From Yuukianura sp. NJ FZ-2021 (taxonomy: Eukaryota): a DNA stretch of 64,000 nt. The notes under the pieces were generated by a model. That model was not told where the DNA came from, did not search any database, and was given only the letters and a program-made list of their open reading frames with translations. Made by a program: the position numbers and the translations under genes. Of this stretch, positions 52,031 through 64,000 are shown in pieces; the first letter of the stretch is position 1; each line of letters starts with the position of its first letter. The stretch lies in contig CM102289.1 in the NCBI GenBank assembly GCA_046563655.1, positions 8,370,001 to 8,434,000 on the forward strand, read 5' to 3'.

Positions 52031-55000
52031 ATAAAAAAAGCTTTTTGAAAAAGTATGAGGAATTAAAAAGTTAAAAGTGAAAGTCATTTTTACATGTAAC
52101 GAGAAGAGGTTAAGTTAATGGATGACGGAGAGGAGAGAAGGCTGAGTAGAAAATCTTAAAAGTTTGACTGTTCAAACAAAATGAAGAAAGTTGCCACTCG
52201 TCGTGTTTTCTCTTTGGTAAAACATGAGAAATTGAAGATTTGGAGGGCGGGAGAGAGGCGAATAATCCTTTTTGACTCCTCTACGCTTCCTTTCATCATG
52301 TTTAGAAAATAAATCTTAGTGACTTGGGAGACACACGTAACTTTTAATCCGGTGATATTTTGTGCCTCTCCCAACTACTTTTCCCGCGTTTTAATCTGGA
52401 AAACTCAAGAGCAGCAGTGGTGGTTAGGTTTTGTGATGGAGAAAGTTTCCATTTTTTGGTCTGGACAGAAGATTAATTATAAAGAGGGAGGGGGGAAATT
52501 GTGAGTGGAAGGTTAAGTTATAGCGATACTTTCTCCTGTTTTCTCTTTTTTTGGTGGAAGAGTTATTAAAGACTATTTTTTATTTGTGAAATTTCACCGC
52601 AGGAATGGGAGAGGAGAAAGCGCTTTCCCTCTCTCGTTTTAGTTTTTTTTTTTTGAAAAGTTGTGTTTCATTTAGCAGGGTTGCGTCCCTCGGTGTAAAG
52701 TACGAAGCCCATTATAAAAATTTTGTGTGATGAAAGTGGGATTCCGGAAGAGAGGGGCGGGAGAGATGTAGGAAGATGAATTGGATGCGAAAGAGACGGT
52801 GGTGGAGAAGGAAGAAATAAATTGTGGGCTTTCTAAAACGTAACGTAGGTTTTGTGAAAACTAACGTTAAGGTTAGGTTTTCTCCGGGAGAAGTATGGCG
52901 GTTAGTGGTAGATTTGAACATTTTGTGCTGCCGCTTGTTCTTGTTCAGATGGAGGGAGGATGGGCCGTTCACCATTTATTTAGCATAGGAAAATAAAATA
53001 TTAGGCATAGGGATTTATGTGGAGGTGGTAGGATATTATGGTTGAGTGGGCTAACGTAACAGGACCATATTGCTTTGCAAATAGTTCCAGCAGTGGCTTT
53101 GTCTGTTCTCACTTTCTCCTCGAAAGTTCTTTCTTACATGGGTTTTTGTGGACTGAGAAAGTGGAGAACAATGCAATTTTATGGTAATAACTTCCAAAGG
53201 CCCATATTTGTATTTAAGTAGCTATATATTAAATTTTTGAAGGGCCCCTGACTCACTTTTTACACCTTTTAACTCGTATGGAACAAGACAAAGTTGCAAA
53301 ACAGATTGCTTCCTCTTTTCTTGTTAAAACGCAAGTTTTGAGAAAAAAATTGAGTTTTTTGCTGAAGTTTCGCAATAACTTATATTTTAAACCGGTTTAG
53401 CAAAAAATTTGTATGGTGAGTGGTATTAGGTTTAACTCCAATGACGTCATTCGGTAGCTGTAAAAGTTGTAGTGCTTCTGTGTTACAGCAAAAAACAATG
53501 CAAAGTTGGAAGTACTTGGTGGATATTGCATGCTCGAGGTATGTCATTTTGTGTGTGACAGGTTAGAGATTAGTGATTTTGAATTTCAATCAGAAAAGCA
53601 TTAAGAGTGAGTGTGTGAATGGCACAATGACAAATTCAGCACGAATTTTGAGAGAGAGAAGAATTTTATGAAAAGAAAGGAGCACCAAAAGTTATGAGTC
53701 AGAGGAGGAATTCAAAGATTTGCAAAAGTTCTGAGAAATATGAGAATTTGGCAAACATTTGCAAAGAAAGGTGTGTCTGAAGATGACTTTTGAGAAGATG
53801 GCTGTGGGTTTTTGGGAAAAGGCGGGAGTAAGTCAAGTGAGATGATCTCTGAGCCTAAGAATTTTCATTTTGAGGTTTTCCTGACAACTGAAGTAGAACA
53901 CACAAGGTTTCATCTTTTTTAGAAAACGGAGAAAAGACGAGTCTTATGACAATTTCAAAAGTTCCCGCTTGCGGGGAATGTGTCCCGCCCTACCCTGCTT
54001 TGCTTGTGGTTTTTTGAAAAGGGCAACTTTTGAAAGAGAATAGGCCGAAATAATACGTTTTTGGAATGTTTGGAGACGCGGGAGAAAGTTTTTGAAGTGA
54101 AAGTGCGGGAAAGGAGGAGGTAGTTGAGGGCGGTTTGAAGAAGCAGGGATGCTGATGCTGATGCTGGATATGCTGGATGCTGGGACAAAAATCTCGACTA
54201 AAAAGTCTGTTATTCTGTCTCCAGTATTTTTTTGAATTTTTTTTTGGTTTAGTTTGCTCGACTTCATTTGAATTCCTTGAGGCCACAGATGTGGGAAGCT
54301 GAGTTTGTCTAGCACATTTTCCATTTTTGTTTTGCCTGCAGAATGTTCATATAGTTTACATATTATGTTTACTTTTGAGGTTTTTTTTGTGTGTTTGGGA
54401 GAAAATGTGGTGTAGTTGACGGTCTTTTTCTGAAATTTTTTTTTACGGTTTAAAACAAATTTTGTGAAAAGTTACATTTTGGAAATGAAATTTGTTGGAA
54501 ATCGATTTGCGTGAGTTTACATCGGTTGTGTTAGGTTTCGAATTTTCTCTTCTTTTTTTTTTGTAGATTGCATCCCATTATTTTCAAGCCATGGGAAGGA
54601 AAGGCGGAATGATGATGTGGAAAAAGGGGGAGAAAGTAAAAGTAGAAAAAGTAAAAGTTATAGGAAAACGATTAGTGGCGGGAAAAAAGAAGCCCCGTTT
54701 ACATCTTGGTTCAAATGTAATGGAAGTGTTGGAGCTTCTTCTTCTTTGATCACAACTTTATTATCGTTTTTTCTTGATTTCTCCAGTAATTTTCTCTTTT
54801 TTTTCTACTTCGTAGTGCTAGAAGTCAAGATGACTTTCGATTTTTTCTCTCTTTTTGGAAATCGTAGTGCCGAAGTGTTGTAAAATGCGCCGAGGGTCTA
54901 ATTACAATTCTCTCCTCGTATCGCCCTTCTTCTCTGTTCTTTTCTCCTGCCATCGAATATTAGTCCCGTGAAAGTTAAAGTGAGAAAAAATGGTTGAGAA

Positions 55001-57799
55001 TGATTCATTGTACGTTGGAGAATTTTAGGTTCCACACGGATGAATGGACTTGAACTTTAAAAATAGAAACTTTTTGGAAAAAGAAAATTCCGGGGGTGGA
55101 AATAAAGTAAAAGTTTGAAAAAAGTTGGAGAATTGGATTCTAACTGCATAGGACTATGGAGTAAGGTAGAGGTAGAGGATGATATTGACGTGAGGTAATT
55201 TAGCATGAAGGAAGGAAATGAAAATGAAAGTGAAAATATATGAACATACAAGGGAGATGATGGAACGTTTTGTTCCGAAGTTGTAGTTTTCAAAATTCGA
55301 TTATCTCATGTTGTTTTCGGGATAAACTTCATTTTTCATTTTGTTTTTATACTTTGGCAACTGCATACTTTGTACATGATGGACTAAAAAATGCAGTGAA
55401 AAATTGTCTAGATCTAGAATTTTTAACTAGAAAAAGTTTTTGATCCTTTGCGACAAGAATTTGGCGTTCGTTGTCAAATTTAAAGAAAATGGTAAGAATT
55501 TAAGTGTATTTTTTTAAGTTTTGTTTTGTTTACGTTTCATTTTCAAGTAAAATAAAAATGAAATGGAATGTGAATCGACGAATATTTGGTAGTGGCGATG
55601 TCTCGAGGGATTTTTATGTGCTTTTTCTTTTGTTTCCTTCGTTTTTTTTAGTTTTTTTTTGCTTTGTTTTGGGAAAGTGGTAGGTAGTTTGTCATCTAAA
55701 GTGAAATGCATGGGCTGACCCTAGAAAAATGGCGGTTGTCGGGTAGAACTGGCTAATACTGGCACAATATATCGAAATGGGACGCCAGTAGATTTGTGAA
55801 TAACAGAAAGTGTTAGAAGTTGCAAAGTGGAATTGGACACAAGGACGGTGGCGGGAGTTTTCCCTAGGCGCGGAGAGGGGAATTTGGTGAAGCATGACTC
55901 GGATCGGACTTTCTCTATTTATAATCTTAGCATTCGTGCAAAAAGGTAGGAAAAGCACAAGGTTGGAGATTTTAAGCCAGTGAAAGTACTACTCTACTTT
56001 GTTTCTCTCTTTCCCATCCTGTGATTTATGAAGATTGATTGCTTCCTCCTTTCACTTTCCCTGAAAATCTGTGAATTATGCAAAAATCGTTTCTTGTTTC
56101 TCCTGGAAGGCATTTATCTAGAGCACGAAAAGCGGAGGAGGAAAGTCTACGCTGGAAAATGTATGTCTTCATCTCCCTCTGCCTTCACTTTCACTTTCTT
56201 TGGCTCTGCATTTATCAATATCTCAAAAGATAATCGGACTACCAAATCGAGCTCGGCTTTTACTCTTACTCAACCCAGGGAATAGAGTTTTTTGGAAGAT
56301 GAAAAGCGACAACATGGAAATTGCGGTTTTTGAAAAAAGAGAGAGAAAACGAAGGCTTTTGAAGAGAAAGTTTAGGATTTTGAGCTGGGATCTTCTTGTC
56401 GAGCTGAACTGAATCAGGCGTGAAAACGACGGTGAAAAATTTCAATGCTGTGCAGCAGTTTGCAATGGTTTTAGGATTTTTTGAAGAATGTAACGAATAT
56501 GGTGAAAGTATTCCAGCTAGGTTCTGGATTAGCAGACCTGTCAAAAATATTTAGTCTCCATGCCCCTTTTTCTAAATTTTTAGAAAAATTTGACAAAAAA
56601 TTTTTTTTTTCTGTATCTGGAAAATCGGGGGTCTAGTTTCATAGTTTCAGAAAAAAAAATTTTTTTTTTCTGTTTCTCATTCTGTTTCATAATGCAACAA
56701 TAAGTTTTAAGGTTTTGGAACAAAAATTTTTTCAACTTTTTTTTTCGGGCAGGGTCCTCCTATTTCTTTAAAAGAGCGCCTTACCCACCAAGAAATTTTT
56801 TTTTTGCGAGAGACTTAATTAAAAAGTGAAAATAAAAAAAAATCATTATTTCGATGGTTATGGGTGCATATTTTTGACAACGCTGTTGATTAGGGTTGTT
56901 CTTCTCAATCAGTATGGGATGTGTAGAAAAAATATAGTAAAAAATTTAAAGATGATGATAATGCTGTTGGGGAGAAAGTGTTTTGTTTGTTAGCTATTTT
57001 GAATAGTACGAAGGTTAGGGTTTGTTTAGCTTAGGTTTTAGTTGATGGTGGTCATTTGTGTTGCTGTTTGGGTGTGAATGAGGTACAATGGAATAGTGTG
57101 GTTAATGTATTTTATTGGTTTAGAGGTTGTTGTTGAATCGATATGGGCAAGAGGAAGAGTGAAAGCAGAGAATGACGGTGATTTGTTTGAAAGACTGTTT
57201 TGTGTAAGTAATAGTCAGTTGGTGAAAGTTGGTTTTAGACTCCAATTGGAAATGGTTTCCATTACTCTCTTTTCTGTTTGTTGTTTTGGAAAGACTGGAG
57301 AGAAAGCTATAAATGCATGGGAATCATTCCTTTGGAATAGGGAATGAGACAGGCCACAAATCAAGGTTTTTTGGCAAAGAGAAAGCAAACGGAAACGTAA
57401 TGACCTTGTTTTCCTGTATTCGTGAAGTTTGTACATTTCATTCGACACTGCTAGAGGTCTGGTGGCTTTTTACTCAACTATGAATTGGGTAGGACCAGGG
57501 ATCGATACCTGCAAGCGGCGTTTTTTCATTGACATTGGACTTCATATGACGTAGACAACGTTTGTTTTTGGGTGAAAAGAAAAACAAAGACGGAATTGAC
57601 GTAATGGCTGGTGTTTCTATTTTTTTTACTGTCAGTAGAGACGGTGAGTGAAACGTACTCTGATTCTAGAAAATGATTCTAGCTACAATACTGGTACTGT
57701 AGGTTCATGAGGGTGCGTTTTGTATTCTGGGCATAACGTATTGTGCAGTTTTTAAACAAAGTGAAACAATTCGAAACGACGCAAATCGGACTTGTCAAT

Positions 57800-58124
57800 A
57801 GGCAGTTTCAAATAAAAGATTATAATCCTCCACGGATTAACCCGGCTTGGATTATAATCGATTAATTTGAGTGTATCCGATTTTTTCGGCCGATTGTCAG
57901 CTGATGTGGAAGGGCGGGAATTGAAAATTTCAAAAATTAAAGTGGGTGGTGATGGTCGGGTGGAGGGAGCAGATTAATCCAAGAGAATCGTGGTTTTTGT
58001 GGATTCTTTTTTGGCCGATTATAATCCAAAAAGTGGCGCACCGCGCCTGCGCACCACCTCAGATTAATCTGACCTGGCAGATTAATCTGAAAAGCGATTA
58101 TAATCGCTTTATTTGAAACTGCCT
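57800..58124. mobile_element. Inner MITE, about 325 bp (PIF/Harbinger-like if the TSD is AAT)
   Basis: TIRs AGGCAGTTTCAAATAAA / TTTATTTGAAACTGCCT flanked by AAT on both sides (TA is an alternative reading). Many internal GATTA(T)AATC palindromes. Confidence 0.8.
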
Positions 58125-58127
58125 AAT

Positions 58128-58260
58128 GTGTTCTAGACATTTTTAAAGATTGTTTTGGCTGTTTTGAACATGTTCTAGACATTGCTAGCTTTGTTTTGAA
58201 CATGTTCTAAACATCGCTAGCTTTGTTTTGAACATGTTTTAAACATCGCTAGCTTTGTTG
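58128..58260. repeat. ~32-bp tandem repeat, 3-4 copies
   Basis: Units of AACATGTTCTA(G/A)ACAT(T/C)GCTAGCTTTGTTTTG. Confidence 0.85.
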
Positions 58261-61200
58261 TCAAAATGGCCTGAGTCTGGATATATGTAGTGGTGATCAA
58301 AATTTGTTCTGAAAGAATTAGCGGATTTGAATTGTTACTTTTGTTGTTTGTCACCAGCCCCACAGTCAGAATACGTTTCTGAGACATGTTTTGCGGAATT
58401 GCAAAAAATACTGTAGAATGGATTGTAGAGGTTCCGCTACAGTCTAGAATACGTTTCTAGAATCAGAGTACGAAAAACTCACCGTCTCTAGTATTGGAGA
58501 AATGTTTGAAATGGATGACGCAGAACGATGCATTTTGTTTTGTAAACGGATGTTTTCATTGTATTTTGAAAATTATCTTATGACGTCTGCCAAAATTGGA
58601 CTTTGAAGAGCTTTGGCTTTGAGTTTCGGCGAATTCTATGACGTCTGTAAAATATGCTATGAAAAAATTGTTTTTTTAGGTAGCTTTTGTTCCATGTTTT
58701 TGTTGTTTTGTTGCTAAATTCGTAGTGTTTTTATTGGTCTTCTAGATTGGTGTTGTTGTGTTCAAGTAGCAAATTTTGGAAAAAATGTTTCTGTTTTTGT
58801 TGTTTGAAGTTTATTACTTGGAATTTGAAAAGATCAAAAGGAACTGAGTCATTACTCATAACTAGTAGTGGGCAAATCAACGAAGGAATTGTGTGACAGA
58901 AGTGGAGCAACAACATTAGATTTAAAAGCATAAGCTTTGTTGTTAGAAATGACTCATGCACAAAAGCGCCCGCGTTTTTTAACGAAGGTTCGTCTAAAAA
59001 CGGAATTTCGCACGCAATACTCTTATTTTTGTGAACATGAACTTTCATTTTTTTTTCTGCTGCGAGCTTTGAAGCAACGTTGAAAACTGAGTTTTTTTTT
59101 TCGTTTTTGGCTAAAATAAAATAAAATCTGAGTTTGGAGGAAATGTCAGAGTCAATCTACTTTACTTAATATAAAACCAACACCTTTTCCCTTCTCTTCC
59201 AACACCTAATTTTTATCGATTCGACTTTTTAAGGGAGCTTTAGGCCTCGAACTTTTTTTTTCGTTTTTTGGAAGGGGGAAAAGACTTTTGAGTCTTGGAA
59301 AATAAAGCCGCCATCACTGCCGCCTCCTTTCTCTGCTGAAAATGCGTGTAAATGGAATGGAAAGTCGGAGCCGAGGGGAAAGTCTGGAAGTAGAAAGTAG
59401 TTGTATGTAAGGCTGAAAACTCTAATGTTGTTAAGGCCTATTCTTCCCTCTCTCTCTTTCGTGCCTGGAGGCGGGAGAGGATCTTTTCCTTTGAAAAGTA
59501 GCATTTGGCATTGCCTAGATCAAAATCCATTTGAAGAATGAAAGTGAAAGCTACGGGATTATCTTGTAACGCTCCCCTTCTGGTGAGAAGAGTGGCTCCA
59601 GGGCAGAGGAGAGTATAAGTTGAGGTTAGGCTATGTTTTCCCCCATCTTTAGTATGGTTGGGAAAACTGCTTGTTATGAAATAATTACTGAATTTAATTT
59701 GGAGTGAGGTGATTGTTGAAAAAAAGAGAAAAGCTTTGTGCTGGATGTTCAAAGGAAATATGTTGGCAGTGGCAGCAGTTGGGGAGATGAGAATGTTTTT
59801 GTTTTGTTGGGAAAAGTGAAATATTTTGAGTTGTGATTCCAATCTGGAGGGTTGGATTAATAAAAGGGAGAAATTGATAAATAATGTTTTGTTGTTTGGC
59901 GTATAACTGGAAATGAATGGGAATGTTAGGGTTACAATGTAAAAGTTAGGCTAGGCGTTAGGTTAGGTAGATGAGGAGAAAGCAGAGCCCTGAGCTCTTT
60001 TTTGTCAACAAGCTCACCAATCTTGATTAGCCATGCTGTTTGTTTGAAAGTGGAGAGAAAGTAGTGAAAGTTTTCATTAGGGATGAGACACTTTCGTTTT
60101 CTTTTGCTTCCTGAAACAACTTCTTGAGGAGGAGAAAGATTTATTTTAAAGTGCGGTGTTGCCAAAGTTGGAGGAAAGTTTATGTTCGGGTGAAAATTTG
60201 TTTTTTCATGAGAAAAAGTACTTTTTTGGATTTGAATTTTGAAATTTAATTAAAAAATAGATGAGGCATTGTGCGACATGTGCAGAAGTTGCTGTTTTTG
60301 TGTACAGAATTTTGAAAAAAAAGTTTGTTATGAGTTGGAAAGGCAATTTGCCATGAATTTGTTCCAAAGATTTTTTTATTTCGTTTTATTTTGGACATGG
60401 ACATGACGTATTGATTTGCTTTCTGGAGTCTAGCTGGAAAAATTCGCTAAGATTTTTTGTTTTGTTTCGATGTTTATTGTTGAAGGGAACAAGTTGTGAG
60501 TGGCTGGATAAGAAAGTTCTTAATGGAAAAGTAAACAGTTGGAGTGACTGGAGCAAAAGTTGGGAAAGACAAAGTGAAAAGTGATTGGAAAGTGAGTCCA
60601 ATCTTGTAACATGTCTCGCTTACTTGTTTTAGTCAAAAGCAAAAGTTGTGTGATGTACATGAATTCAACTGGAACGGGGATTTGAATTTGAGCTACAAAT
60701 TTTGGATGTCTCGTTGGATTACCTACGTGTTATACTCGGTGGACATTTTGTGTTGAAGTTTAAATGAAATGAAAGAGGGAAATTTAAATTTTGACCAACG
60801 GGTGGACTCAAATACTTTGTATTTATTTTCATTTTATGTGAATGGAAATTGAAAGTGCACGCACTCTGTTCTTTTTAATGTTTAAATGTGTATGGGGAGA
60901 GGTTTTGGATTTAATCTCTTTTTAAAATTGGCATCGAAGCGTAGGCTAAGCTGTTTCTGGAAATGAAAAGCTAAAACTGAGTAAGAGAAGCAGAAGGACA
61001 AACAGTGTCAGTGAAAAGCTGTGTTTTCCCCCTCTGCTTTAACAGTGTCTGCCCCATCTTGCTTTATGTTAAGGTTTTACTGCCGTTGCCCTCTCTGACA
61101 TTTTACATGGTTTAAAACTGGCGGGCTTGTCATTTCAAATGATTCGGTGGGCTAAGCATTACGCGCCCGATCTGATTTTTGAAGATGGAACTGACAGAAG

Positions 61201-63487
61201 CAATAGGCGAGAAGTTCATTTTCACATTTTTAATCTGGATACTAAATATTCGGCAGCGGTTGACGGATGTGGTTTAAAAAAATTGGAAAAAATTGGTAAT
61301 TAATTTCTGAAAAAGTTTTGCTCCCTTTTGGTTTTTAGATTTTTTTTTGGAGAGAGGAATTTTTTGTTTGGAACTAATTTTTTTTAATTTGGTTTTGTTT
61401 GAGCTCTCATTAGAAAATACTGTTTTTGATTTTTTTTTGCTTGGGTGAAGCAGCAATTTGTGTGAAAACTTTTTTTATGAATTATATTTCGACGTAATTT
61501 TGTGTTTGAAACCACAAGCACTAAAAAAAAAGTTGCGGCAAAGCGGATTGAACAGTGCAAAAATATAGTACTTAGATTTTAAAAAATGAAGGTACGAAAC
61601 TGACAGAAAGAAAAAAAGAAGAGAAGCGGTGGAGGAAGTTCGTGCTGGGACTAAAAGGCTAAAACATTTTTTTCTAAACTTTGAGTTTTGTAGTTTTTGG
61701 AAAAACAGTTGTAAATAGGTGTGCATTGCCTGTTTAGACGAGGTTTTGGAGAAAGTGTCTTTTCTCCTGTGGTTTTTCCATGTAAAGAAGTCTGTTAGAA
61801 TGGAATATTAATAGGATTCATTTGGAACGTGGATGGGAATTGCCGCAGGAAGAAACTGAAGTGGAGGGAATGAATTTTCTCATTTTATTTCTGGGAGGAT
61901 GTGGAAGTGGTTGCATCTTGAACCCTAGTGACTGGTAAACATGTTTGGTCCAAGATAAGTAAGAAGAGCAGACTACTTTGGGATGCTGGATACTTGGATA
62001 TGCTGCTGCTGGATGTTGGAATTAGGGAGTGGTAGGAAGATGCAGGGCAGGAGTGTATTCCCTAATGACAATGTGTTCTTGACTTGATCTTGTGGAGGGA
62101 GATCCTGGTGCAGAGGAAATGGCGGTTGACTGAACGATTTCACATGGCCACGAAGGGCAGCCAGGAGCAATTCTGCATTTTAAAGGAGTCTCCCTTGGCT
62201 ACACATTTATTGTTGAACCTACTGCATCTTCAACCAGTCTCGTCTTGAATACCAAAATGTCTAGGCTAAGGCTATGCCTTGGATAGGAAAAGGAAGATGA
62301 GTTTCCTGAGTGTGGTGAAGATGTTCAGAAAGACGAAAGCAAAGGAAAAGTAATCTTCAGATGCTCTGCTTATGCACTTCTGACAAACAAAAATTAAAAT
62401 ACGCACTGAAGGACTGAACTCTAGATTTCCAAAAACCTTAAAAGTTAGTTTGTGTTTTTGGTAATTTTTGTTTCCAAGGTTTATTAGCAACTTTGAAAAA
62501 AAATCTCCTGTAAATTCCCATTTAGGAGATAATTTTTTTTTATTCTAAACCTTTCGATTTGCATTTTCTTGGCGGTTGGAATTAAAGCGGAATTGCGAAA
62601 TGGAATTGCGGTTTCTAAAAATTTGGCAAATGGTTTGCTTTATTGCGGTTTTATGTTAAAGTGGAATGGCCAATGACCTGGAATAATTGTGAAGTTGGTC
62701 TCATGAGGGCATGTCCAGGAAGATCTTTCTAGTAAAAGTCCGAAACCATATTGAGGTGAGTTGTTAAAAGAGCAAGGTAGATTTTGGCGGGAAGTAAATT
62801 GGGATGCGTTGTGATTCGTTTTGGTAGTCAGGGTGAGAAGTCGAAAAGTACAAGTGAGTCCCTGTAGGCCCATTTGAACCTGCCCTTTTCCCTACTTCAC
62901 TCCCAGTAGTCCAATATCCAAAATAAGAGACTGACTGACTGCTTTACTTGTGGATCCTACTTTTCCAAAGTGGAAAATGGCGCCAAAAACGTATTTTTTC
63001 TGATAGAGTGATTGTTGGCGGGAAACGGGGAGTTTGACCACTTCTGGAGAAAGACTTATGGTTAGGGGAAATGAAGTTGGGTGAATTGTAACGGTGGACC
63101 ATAAAGAACTAAAAGGAAGAAAGTCATCTTCTATGCTATGTGTGTCCTAGTGTCCGTTTTTCTGGAAGGGAGCTATGGAATTTCTCGTACCTTTAACTTT
63201 GAAATTGGGAAAACCACAAAAATGTCAGAGAAAGTTAGTGAAAGTTGGGAAGGGAGGCGGTTTTAGACGCATTGCAGTGGGGAAGGTTGCCAAGATGCTG
63301 GAAGAATTGACTTTTCGTGTCACTTGTAAGGAGGGATTATAAAAAAGTGGTGGACGTATGTTTTATTCTATTTATTTTCCTCTCCATCATCACTGGACTG
63401 CCACCAACTACATCCTGGACTAAGTGCGGAGAGTCTGGAACTCGGAACTGCGTGTTTCTTGGAAGGAACTGCTTATTTGCTGGAGAA

Positions 63488-63546
63488 ATGCTGGATGTAC
63501 TGGAAGTACTTGGTATAATGCTGGATGTACTGGCGGTACTTGGTAT
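63488..63546. repeat. Two-copy 30-bp tandem repeat
   Basis: ATGCTGGATGTACTGG(AA/CG)GTACTTGGTAT twice. Confidence 0.8.
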
Positions 63547-64000
63547 GTTGGGGAGTGATTGAAGATGGAAGATGATGATAATGCGGACATGGGAAGATTT
63601 TCAACTTGGCTCTCACGACCTGCCAGCTAGAACTTGACGAGAAAGTTGACTCCTGGAGGAAGTTGAAGTTTTGAGCAGGAGTTATTTTGGTGGGGGAAGA
63701 TGATGGACAGGAGAGAGGCGGAGGCAGAATGGATTTTGACACATGGACGTGAGGTCATGGGAGACTGGGGAAAGCGAACACCAATTTTTCACCATCGCGG
63801 TTAGGGATGCAGATATTGCTGGTCTCCAGAGATGAATTTTGCTTTTTTGCTGGAGGGTTTAAATTGTTCGTAAATGTGGTGAAGAAAAAGTGGGAGGAAA
63901 AGATTTACGAAAAAAGTTGAAGTGCGTTTTTTTGGACTTGGAATTGGATATTAAGAAGAGAAAAAAATTGGTGCGGCATGTAGTATTGGAGAAATTTTGC

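Larger units (their letters stand above)
57636..58490. mobile_element. Outer non-autonomous TIR element (about 855 bp including the nested insert)
   Basis: TAGAGACGGTGAGT..CGTACTCTGATTCTAGAAA on the left and TTTCTAGAATCAGAGTACG..ACTCACCGTCTCTA on the right. The TSD is ambiguous (TA or AGT). Confidence 0.75.

Noticed and set aside
58128..58260. 32-bp repeats considered as a CRISPR-like array
   Set aside because: Head-to-tail repeats without unique spacers, no cas genes, eukaryotic context.
50404..63742. Many 60-134 aa ORFs
   Set aside because: F/L/K/S-biased products expected from A/T runs and strand skew. No splice-supported structure or domain.

Overview
Eukaryotic, AT-rich genomic DNA, most likely an arthropod (inferred from DUF4789, semaphorin-1a-like and ERp60-type genes and from short introns of about 55-100 nt). 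The left 45 kb is gene-dense. In order it holds a DUF4789-like secreted Cys-rich gene, a possible 49-aa micro-ORF, XPA, a Cys-rich GPI-type surface protein, an ASH1-like H3K36 methyltransferase, mitochondrial ClpX, RpS17, a HAUS1-like gene, AGGF1, follistatin (with a TMEM218-like gene nested antisense in intron 1), an ARL14EP-like gene, endosulfine and PDIA3/ERp60. The right 17 kb looks like one large G/T-skewed intron following a semaphorin-1a-like signal-peptide exon. It contains a 1.9-kb fold-back made of two DINE-1/Helentron-like elements and a MITE nested inside another MITE. I see no convincing new multi-gene system. The most unusual observations are (1) a MITE inserted into a 3' splice site whose TA duplication appears to rebuild the endosulfine acceptor, (2) an ASH1 PHD finger split by an 88-aa spacer with an AT-hook, (3) the nested TMEM218-like gene, and (4) the large palindromic element carrying arrays of nuclear-receptor half-sites. 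Exon structures were assembled by eye and gene names come from remembered motifs, not database searches.
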